DNA of 64,000 nt from Octopus sinensis (lineage: Eukaryota). The stretch is taken from the NCBI RefSeq assembly GCF_006345805.1, contig NC_043008.1:31124001-31188000 (forward strand), in the 5' to 3' direction. The notes beneath the pieces were generated by a model that saw only the letters and a list, made by a program, of their open reading frames with translations, had not been told where the DNA came from and did no database searches. This document shows positions 50,859-61,798 of the stretch, in pieces. Every line of letters starts with the position of its first letter. The stretch's first letter is position 1. The position numbers were made by a program, and so were the translations under genes.

Positions 50859-51879
50859 TGAGGTTTCAAAATAATTATACATCCCTAGCTTTATAGTCGA
50901 TCCAGTGTTTTAGCTTACACCCAAATGCTAGTATTTTTCTTGAAACTTTTAACCTTATCAAGCAAATATATCAGAATATATGCCATTTATTCAGCTACCA
51001 CAGATCTTTTAGTCTGACTGAAAATTCAAACGGAGATTCAGAAAGAAACAATCCAAGTTCTTTCTACAATTCAAAAATTTGCGCCAATACTTCTCTGTAC
51101 GGTAATTCAGCGCACTTCACTGTGTAGTAATAAAATTACATTTAGTCTTCCTATATAAACCGAATAAACTTGCCTTTAGTGTTCTTGATTTAATAACATT
51201 AGGCAATTTTATAGCATCTTCTTCTACTTCAAATTGTGAGGCACGTTTCATTACTAGTGCTTCACATTGAAAACAACGGTAGATATTTTCAACGTTCTGA
51301 TTTTTTTTTGTTTTGTTTTTTATTTCTTCTATTCTTGCAGCAAACTATAAACTTTCTCCGACATAGTTACGGCTCCATTAGTGCAAATATTTTAACGAAG
51401 TTATCACGAAATTTAATTTTTCTTTCTTTTTATCTTTTCTTTTTTTTTCAATAATAGAATGAATTCGAGTAAATATTGCTTTTCCTTGTAGCATAGTTGT
51501 TTAAAGGCAGGCTGATTGATAAACCACCGCCAATGCCACCTTCCTCTATACAGCATACAAACTCAAGCAAAACTACTGAACAAGCAACGTCTATTGACTC
51601 ATTCATTTGAAGAGAGGAGGTTGAGCTCATTTTAAGCTGTCTTTTTAAATCACTTTCACAAAATGCGACATTTTGTGAATACCCCTTAAAACTATCATTA
51701 CGAAAGGGTGTGTTACCTATATTTTCGATATTTTTTTTCTTCCATGCATTCCATTTTATCAAGCTTTTTCTCTGAAATTCTGTGGTTCGCCTGATTTCGC
51801 CACACGATAACCATTCCAATGTGTGGTCACTAAATGTCACTAGATTCACGCTACTATTACCAGCATAGTTTTGGGCCTC

Positions 51880-52250
51880 ATCGAAGTCATGGGACTGCAA
51901 CAAGGTAGATTGTGAAGAGGTAGAAGAAGAGCTCAACTGAGCCAACAGTACCTCTTACATTGCTGTTGAGCGGAGATATACTAGATCAACGGTCAGGACC
52001 ACGAAGCTCTATCAAGAGAGTAACTGTAATAGAACAATGATCATGCCCTATATAGTTATGGCCTGCTCTTTGGCAAGTCATAGCGCTCGTTCAGCCACCC
52101 TGCCAAGGATACGGCGAAGTAATAGAACTGGCAGATTGTGAAGAGGTAACGGAAGAGCTCAACTGAGTCAACGATGTTTCTTAATTTGATGCTGAGTGGA
52201 GGACTCCTAGATCACCATGCTCTATCAAGAGAGGGACTGCAAAACATCCA
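51880..52250. repeat. Diverged tandem repeat, period about 226-233 bp
   Basis: AGATTGTGAAGAGGTA...GAAGAGCTCAACTGAG.CAAC...CTAGATCA...GCTCTATCAAGAGAG occurs near 51907 and again near 52133. Confidence 0.75.
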
Positions 52251-52431
52251 AAGGGGTGGCGATCATGGTTGTGTAATCAGCTAATGAAGGATTTACTATG
52301 ACTCAAGCTCCCAACTCAAATTTATAATAACGGAATTGGATGGCGACAGAGTCATGGAAATCCACGAAAACAGCGAAAAAAATAACTTAAAACTTTTCCA
52401 CATTCCTCTTTCCTCTATCCACATCCAAAGT

Positions 52432-52752
52432 GAGGGCGCGTGGCTTAGTGGTTTGGGCATTCGGCTCATGGTCGTAAGGTTGTGAGTTCGATTCCCGGCG
52501 ACGCGTTGTGTACTTGAGCAAGACACTTTATTTCACGTTGCTCCAGTCCATTCAGCTGGCAATAATGAGTAGTACCTGTATTTCAAAAGGACCAGCCTTG
52601 TCACACTGTGTCACGCTGAATCTCCTTGCGAACTACGTTAAGGGTACACGTATCTGTGGAATGCTCAGCCACTTGCACGTTAATTTCACGAGCAAACTGT
52701 TCCATCGATCGTATCAGCTGGGACCCTTGTCGTCGTAACCGACGGAATGCTC
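52432..52752 (+). mobile_element. Full-length family-C tRNA-headed SINE (Meta-domain-like body)
   Basis: A box TGGCTTAGTGG, B box GAGTTCGATTCCC, then GTACTTGAGCAAGACACTTTATTTCACGTTGCTCCAGTCCA. Confidence 0.82.
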
Positions 52753-53489
52753 TTTTTAACAAACAAGTCTCTTAGTTCAGTCTTATAAGCGGTCCATGTG
52801 AAACCGTACGCAGCAGTGGTTTTATCATTTTTTAATTCTTATTTTTACTTTGGCCATTTTGTTGTTTCCATATTGGTTACAAAGATGAAGTTGCTGTTAA
52901 GTTCAAGCTGAATAATACTTCCTGCTTTGTTTCCACCTATAACTACTTATTTTAATTTATTTTTGACCGTTTTATCTATTGGGGATATAGAATGTCATTT
53001 ATCAACTATTGAAAATTATAATTACTTGTTCAAAAATGTTTATATTCGCTGCACTCTCTTTAAGAAAATCACTAAACTATTTAATATCGCAACTACGTAC
53101 TATTATTAACGACTACTTTATTTATATTTTTGCCTAAACTGGAAGCGGGTGAAAATTGTCGCTTGGGTTACCAAATTTTACCAGTTCAGCAGAAAATAAC
53201 AATACTAAATATTCTTAAAACAAAACTAAATACGTGTTATTCAAGAAATTAAAATTAAAATTTTGTATAAAATTCTTTTTAATTTTGGCACAAGGTCAGC
53301 AGTTTTAGACAATGATATGGGTTTGGAAGGTAGGAGGATGAGAAGGGATTGTATTGTCGAGTGAGGAGAAAGCAATGCCCTGAGTGTGTTCATTGTTTAT
53401 TAAAGTATGCATACCTGTGCATAATCATAGCTTAATCATATATAAGACGAAGACAGCATTCGGAGTTGGGAAGTAAATCACTGAAAAGG

Positions 53490-54328
53490 TTACGACGGGC
53501 TACGAAAGAACTTTGACGAACAAAAAAGGCAACTGTGTTGAGTCTGAGGTTGTGAGAAGATGAATGGAGGCATAATGTCACCATCACTAATGATCACTCC
53601 AAACACCATGATGTTAACTGGATGCTTGATTTTTACCACTCTCGGAACATGTTTTGGGAGCACAGCAAGCCAACGGTTGTTCTGTGTGTTCACCATCTGA
53701 TCCTGACGGAAATTTTCTTCGTCTGAGAAAATCCAAAACATGTTCGGTTGGAGGGGATACTTGAGTTTGTTCAAAAGCTTCGGTAGCACGGCCTTTCCTC
53801 TTGTTTTTGATGGCTTGGGATAAAAATTAGCCTTTTTCATCTTGTATGGGGAATTCCGAATGTCTTCATGCACTACCTGCCCGATGAGAAACTCAGACAC
53901 TCCCATGTCCCTAGCGATGGACCTGAGGGACTTGGAAAGATCGTTGTCAATCATGGCCTGGATCTCACCAACAAATTCAGGAGTTCTTTTCTTATCGGAA
54001 CGATCAGATGAGTTTTCCGAGCTGCCGCACATTCGTAATCATCATTAGACTCATCCAACTCTTTCCGAATCCACTTCACTGTCTTCAAATTCACACCTAA
54101 ACACTACGAAATGTTCGTATTGGAGCTTCTGGCGCGAATGCCAAGCAGTACAGCATGTCGCTTCCAAATTTCTGGCAGAGTGAACACCATCATGGTGCTG
54201 CTTTTCTTACAGACGGTGCCCAACTGACCCTACTATGGTGTGTCGTCGACAAAATCAAAAACAAACAATGCGCATGGGCGAATTTAAAAACATAAAATAG
54301 GGACAATTTACCCATCGCATCTCACACA
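53490..54328 (-). mobile_element. DD37D/maT-like Tc1-mariner transposase 5' fragment
   Basis: SLRSIARDMGVSE (HTH), WIFSDEENFRQDQMVNTQNNRWLA, VMVFGV-like IMVFGVIISDGDIMPPFIF; truncated afterwards. Confidence 0.8.
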
Positions 54329-54355
54329 CACATGCATACATATGTTTGTGTGTGT

Positions 54356-54401
<46 letters not shown>

Positions 54402-55917
54402 TGTGTGTGTGTGTGTGTGTGCGTTTCTTTTAAATTTTCTTTGTTTCGATCACTGGACTGCCAAATCCTGACACAAATTTGTGTACAGCTTTTCAATCAT
54501 TTGATCCACTTTCGCCAAGCAATTTGATAATATGAAGTCTCTGATTTTTCGATTTTTCAAGCTATCCCTTACTGACCGAAAATCTAGGTTATAGTCGGTT
54601 ATATATTTGATTTATAATGTTTGTTTAAAAATTTTTTATTGCATTTTGACATACAACAAAGCAGACTATAGGCAATCCTTTTGAAGTTTTATCTTCTATC
54701 GAAAATAATAGGGCTTTTTTCCATTGTTTCTGTAATGCAAATATATATGAATGATGCGTTTTAAATTCACTGAATTTCTTGCAGCCAAACTATCTTTGAT
54801 TTTCCTGTCTTTTAATTGTTCCAACAACTGCTTTATTTGTATTAAGCTGTTTCTAGTTTCTCCCGAGCCCTTTCCAATTTAAAGTTAGTTTCTAGACAAT
54901 ATCGACTTTCTTGTTCGCTTTTAGTTTCACATATGAAGCCTTACTGGCTAATATCAAAAATATTTCACAAAGCAAAAGTTTCCTTTAATGTGCGATCTGT
55001 CTTACTGTCATAGAAGTGAAATGAAAGGAAAATGTAAGGGAAATTTTAAAAAGAAAACGGAAAGAAAACGTTGAATCTACGATGTGGTATTTCTCAATGA
55101 TATACGTTGAGTGAAAATCGAAATAAATTTATCAAACAAATCCTATATAGTGCTACAGAGAAATTGTGTAAACTTCATACCTTGTAAACTGAAAGACAAT
55201 TGTAATTGTTTATTAGCTGTGGATGTAGTGAAAGCCTGTAAATAATACATAATTAGGTTAGCTGAGGTTATGAATATACTAAGTTGCATGTGGTTGGAAT
55301 TTTATTTTTCGTCTAATTGTCACCACTGAGTTAAGCTACAAGTCTCTTTCATAGCATAATTTGATACATTCAATCATATCAACTTCAATCGTATCCAGCC
55401 TATGTTAAATCAAAAAAATGCCACACAACAAAATACATATTATGCATCAACGAGGGAGTCCAACATAATTGCTCGGCCTGCAAGAAATATCTGCTCATCG
55501 CATCACGAACTGCGTTTGTTACTAGGACAAGACATATTCGACACTTTAATCCATGTGATGCAAAACATTGGATGGCCATAGCTGGAAATCATTGGATTGT
55601 GTATCTGCTTCATCATGTTTACCTGGGACTAAACAAACACAGCCTTGGCTTCTGTTTTTATTCAAAAAGAATAAACACTTTTTAGAAATCTCTCGACACA
55701 GCAGACATTTCCAGTAATATCAACGTTAAGGTATTTATGAATACGATACATCTGTATATCAATGAACATGTGTCTGCTTTTATATATATATGAATGCGCA
55801 TGAAAGATACGTAGAAACATATACATAGGTGCTCTGTGGAAGCTCATCGTGTGCGTGTGTGTGTGTGTGTGTGTGCGCGCGTGCGGGCGGGCGTGCGTGT
55901 GTGCGTGCGTGCGTGCG

Positions 55918-55948
<31 letters not shown>

Positions 55949-55985
55949 TTGTGGGGGGGGCGTGCGCGTAGTGTGTGCGTTTAGA

Positions 55986-56398
55986 AGGCGGCGAGCTGGC
56001 AGAAACGTTCGCACGCTGGGCGATATACTTAGTGGTATTTTGTCTGTCGTTACGTTGTGAGTTCAAATTCCGCCGAGGTTGACTTTGCCTTTCATCCTTT
56101 CGGGGTCGATAAATTAAGTACCAGTTCCGCACTGGGGTCGATGTAATCGACTTAATACCTATGTCTGTCCTTGTTTGTCCCCTCTATGTTTAGCCCCTTG
56201 TGGGTAATAAAAAAATAGGTATTTCGTCTGCTGTTACGTTCTGAGTTTAAATTCCGCCGAGGCCGACTTTGCCTTTCATCCTTTCGAGGTCGATAAATTA
56301 AGTACCAGTTATGCACTGGGTCAATGTAATCGACTTAATCCCTTTGTCTGTCGTTGTTTGTCCCCTCTATGTTTAGCCCCTTGTGGACAATAAAAAAT
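55986..56398 (+). mobile_element. Family-B (Nin/Deu-domain-like) SINE with a tandemly repeated body
   Basis: Head GGCGGCGAGCTGGCAGAA, then a unit of about 185 bp (56034-56218) repeated at 56219-56398. Confidence 0.85.
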
Positions 56399-56589
56399 TA
56401 TGTTAGTCCCACCGCCCTATAACTTGGCAGTTCGACAACAGGCATCGATAGAATAAGCTGTAAGCTTAAGAATAAGTACTGTGGTCGAACTGTTCGACTA
56501 AACTCTCCAAGATGGAGTCCCAACATGATTAGATTAAGTAAACGAAAGAATATTATGTAGCTTTCTTTCAACTAATATAATGCCGATAT

Positions 56590-57170
56590 AACATACATAC
56601 TCACTGACATACATACACACACACATACGCACACACACATACGCACACACATACTTACATGTATACATACATACTGACAGACATACATACACACACACTC
56701 ACACGCATACATAAATACATGCATACATACTCACCGACTTACATACCTACATACATACATACATGCATACATACGTACATACATACCTACATATATACAT
56801 ACATAAATTGCACACACAGACATACATACATGCATACATACGCACACACAAACACAAATACATATATACGTACAGAAACACACATACATACATACATACA
56901 TACATACATACATACATACACACATACATACATACACACATGCATACATACACACATACATACACACATACATACATACATACATACATACATACATACA
57001 TACATACATACACACATACATACACATACATACATACATACACACATACATACACACATACATACATACATACACACATACATACATACATACATACATA
57101 CACACACACATACATACATACATACATACATACACACATACATACACACATACATACATACATACATACA

Positions 57171-57204
<34 letters not shown>

Positions 57205-58409
57205 CATACATACATACATACACACATACATACACACATACGTACATACACACATACATACATACATACATACATACATACACACATACATACACACATA
57301 CATACATACATACACACATACACACATACATACATACATACATACATACATACATACACACACACATACATACATACATACATACACACATACATACATA
57401 CATACATGCATGCATACATACATACACACATACATACACACATACATACATACACACATACATATACATACATACATACATACACACATACATACATACA
57501 TACATACATACATACACCATACATACACACATACATACACACATACATACATACATACATACATACATACATACATACATACACAACATACATACATACA
57601 TACATACATACATACATACATACATACATACATACATACATACATACATACACACATACATACATACACACATACATATATACATACATACACACATACA
57701 TACACACATACATACATACATACATACATACATACATACATACACACATACATACACACATACATACATACATACATACATACACACATACATACATACA
57801 CACATACATACATACACACATACATACATACATACATACACATACACACATACATACATACATACATACATACACACATACATACACATTTACACACATA
57901 CATACATACATACATACATACATACATACATACATACATACATACACACATACACACATACATACATACATACATACATACATACATACATACATACACA
58001 CATACATACACACACACATACATACACACATACATACATACATACATACATACATACACACATACATACATACATACATACATACATACATACATACATA
58101 CATACATGCATACATACACACATACATACACACATACATACATACATACATATATACATACATACATACATACATACACACATACATACATACATACATA
58201 CATACATACATACACACATACATACACACATACATACATACATACATACATACACACATACATACATACATACATACATACATACATACATACATACATA
58301 CATACATTACATACATACATACATACATCCATACATACATTACATACATACATACATACATACATCCATACATACATTACATACATACATATATACATAC
58401 ATACATACA

Positions 58410-58440
<31 letters not shown>

Positions 58441-58514
58441 CACACATACATACACACATAAATACATACACACATACATACATACATACATACATACATA
58501 CATCCATACATACA

Positions 58515-58545
<31 letters not shown>

Positions 58546-58617
58546 CATACATACATACATACATACATACATACATTACATACATACATACATACATTAC
58601 ATACATACATACATACA

Positions 58618-58648
<31 letters not shown>

Positions 58649-58693
58649 CATACATACATACATACATACATACATACATACATTACATACATA
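56590..58693. repeat. About 2.1-kb compound (ACAT)n/(AC)n array
   Basis: Direct inspection; the source of the 380-738 aa HTYI/MYVC pseudo-ORFs. Confidence 0.97.
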
Positions 58694-59114
58694 CATATGT
58701 AGTATTACAAATTGTTCATGCTGTTCATCGAACATTTTATCCCTCGCTCTCCTTCTCTCACTCGCCTTCTCCCTCTTTCTCTCTTACACACAGACTCTCT
58801 CTCACACACAGTCATACACACACCCTCTCTCCCTCTCTTTCCCTCTTTCTCCCTCTCTCTCTCTCTCACTCAGTCCCTCACTCTCTCTTTTTCACTTTCA
58901 CTCTCATCCTGTTTTACGCACACACCCTCTCTCACCCCTCTCTCTCTCTCTCTCTCATCATGTATTTACAATTCCTTAATATATGCGTATGTATGAATGT
59001 ATGTATAAATGTATGTATAAATGTATGTATAATGTACGGGCGTATGTATGTATGTATGTATGCTTGCATGTATGTATACATGCCTGTATACATGCCTGCA
59101 TGCACGTTTATCTG

Positions 59115-59310
59115 TGTTGGCAGAATCGTTAACACGCTGAACCAAACGCTTAGCAGCCTTTCATCTATTTGAGTTCAAATTCCGCCGAGGTCGACTTTGC
59201 CTTTCGTCCTTTCGAGGTCAATGAAATAAATACCAGTTGAGCAATGGCGTCGAAGTAACAACCAGCCGCCACTCACAGAATATCAGGCTTTGTACCTGGA
59301 ACACAAAGAA
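59115..59310 (+). mobile_element. Family-B SINE, degenerate
   Basis: GAGTTCAAATTCCGCCGAGGTCGACTTTGCCTTTCGTCCTTTCGAGGTC. Confidence 0.75.
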
Positions 59311-59518
59311 TTTATCAATTTCCCCTTTCACTTATATAATTAATCATGCTCTTTTCTCGTTTATTGAAAAGCGGAATACTTAACAAGGGAGGTTATTCTT
59401 CGTTAATTTTATTAGAATTATGTCCCATGTATTGTGTGTTAGATTCTACGACTTGTTGCGGGAGATTTTTCTTATACATCCCCGTACACTTCCTATTTGT
59501 CTTCTCCTTTTTTAGCTG

Positions 59519-59673
<155 letters not shown>

Positions 59674-59783
59674 CAATTATATTTTCTTTTATCCGCTATG
59701 CTTCACCAGTCAAATAACGAATTCTTTCTTCATGAAAATTCAAAGACCGGCAGATACGTTCATTATATCAGTTTTAATAATTA

Positions 59784-61391
59784 CCGTAAATCCTCGAGTA
59801 TGACTGTACCTCTGAAAAACCTAAACATTGTGCATAATACGCACCCCTTCTCTAATTTGAGACAAGGAGGTCTATATAACGTCCTTGGTTTGTAAAAATG
59901 TATACGGTGACGTCCTTTATTTATTTTATTTTTTCTAGTTTCAGCCATGCTGATTCACCGCCGTTTATTATTGTATATATAACATAATGCAAACGTGTAG
60001 CTTTTTGTTTGCAGAAAATAAAGAAATAACAGTAATAACGTCAATGAAAAATAAATATCAAGTAAATTGCCTTTACAAATTTATCACTATCAGTTACAAA
60101 AGCAAAAGCAAAGACATTTATTCAAATCCTTCAAATTCAACGTCACTTTTAGCATCAAATAACTGTTCCATTTGTTACTCCGTAAACATTTCAGCATCTC
60201 CATCATCGTCAGATTCATAGTCAACATCAGAAGATTCACTTTCATTTATTTCATCTTTCCATACAACGTCATCCTGAGTACCACCTAGTGCAGACGATAT
60301 ACAACATTTGATAAAACTTTTTCACAATAATCTGGGGATCAAGTTCATTCCATGCATACATGATCCTTTTGTGAAATGTCGGTTCGCCTCCTAATAGACA
60401 AGTCATTCCTTGACATAAAGTTACTGGCCCAGCCACGTGATGCTTTAAATTCTGACTCATTATGTTTTATCTTTTTAGCAATGAGTTTTGCCTGTAGCCC
60501 CAAATGTACTGTATTAATAGCTATTCCACCTAGTCTTCTTTTTTCTACCCATTCAAGCAAAATTTTTCAAACTTAGGATGTTTGGATTTTTCCCCCTTCT
60601 TGCCTTCTTTATCTTTTGCATCTGTTTAATTTCATCTTTATTTCTTCTCCATAAACTGACATTGCTTTCGTCAACATCAAATTTTCTTCTGGCGGCCCTA
60701 TTATTACCATGCTCTCCAGCATATGATATAACTTCAGTTTTAAATATAGCTGAATAAGATGTACGAAGCATTTTATGGGCATGTAATGTATAAAATGTTT
60801 TATTGGAGATGAATGTACAGGTTTAAGTCCTGCTTATAAAAAACCCTAGTAAAAACCCACGGTAGTTCAAACGTTTAATACTGGTATTTAATTAAGTATC
60901 TATTGTTTGCCACGGTAATGATGCAAACTGTCAATACAAACAGCAGGATGAGCTATTTAGCGCTAATTAACTAATTAAGCACAATTCGTGCGTAATTAAG
61001 CCAGCAGCAGCTAGTCGAACAAACACTTCCGCGCATGCGTAACACAATAATGGTGATGTTCTTAACTGTTATATGGGAATGTAAATATGTTTGCAAATTA
61101 TTTTTGTTACATGTTATTCTGTGTTCTGAATTCTTTTATTTTAATAAATGTTGCTTACTGCAAATTATGGATGATTTTTTTATGACTTCATTGCTTTCTG
61201 GCTTAGCGGAAGGTATTTTTCGCGCCCGACATCACAAAATGCGTCTGAATAAATATTGCCGGGCAGCAAACAGAGACTCGGACATTGCTTAGAAAATATT
61301 TTTCATTTTTAACCGCGTATATAGTACGCACTAGGGACTTTGACCTTTAAATTTTGGTGGGGAAATGCAGATTATACTGGAGGATTTACGG
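59784..61391 (-). mobile_element. pogo/Tigger-family element with both TIRs, DDE domain deleted
   Basis: TIRs CCGTAAATCCTC(G/C)AGTAT with TA TSDs. Brinker-like HTH (YSAIFKTEVISYA...AARRKFDVDESNVSLW), CENP-B HTH (FKASRGWASNFMSR), fused near 60365 to the C-terminal AWNELDPQIIVKSFIKCCIS. Confidence 0.88.
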
Positions 61392-61407
61392 TACATAACA
61401 AAGCAAA

Positions 61408-61605
61408 GTAGCGAGCTGAATCGTTAAACCGCTTAGTGGTATTTTGTCCGTCTTTACATTCTTCGTTTAAACGTCACCGGGGTTGACATTGCCTTTCATC
61501 CCCCTTAGGGGCCAAGAAAATGAGTGCCAGTTGAATAGTGAGGCTGATGTAATCGACTTACCACCAACCCACCCTCGAAACTGCTGGCCTCGAAATTTGA
61601 AACTA
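61408..61605 (+). mobile_element. Family-B SINE, degenerate
   Basis: GGTATTTTGTCCGTC...GTTGACATTGCCTTTCATCC...GATGTAATCGACTT. Confidence 0.65.
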
Positions 61606-61737
61606 ATTGTTACATTATTTATATCATTTACATTTAACGGATATTTGTCCTCATTTTGACTGATATACCCTCCAGCCTTCATCAGGTGTCTTTGGGGCAA
61701 TTTCGAACCTGGTTCTCATTTCTAAGGTATTTTTCGA

Positions 61738-61739
<2 letters not shown>

Positions 61740-61798
<59 letters not shown>

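Noticed and set aside
50522-50896. Poly-Lys/Arg/Glu/Phe/Ser ORFs
   Set aside because: Frames of the (AAG)n tract.
51448-51945. 165-aa non-repetitive ORF
   Set aside because: No family motif recognised, non-ATG start, and no clear splice sites; left unannotated.
56659-58979. ORFs of 380-738 aa (HTYI/MYVC repeats)
   Set aside because: Translations of a stop-free (ACAT)n array, not protein genes. The same applies to the YI/CV/HT/LSIY ORFs throughout the window.
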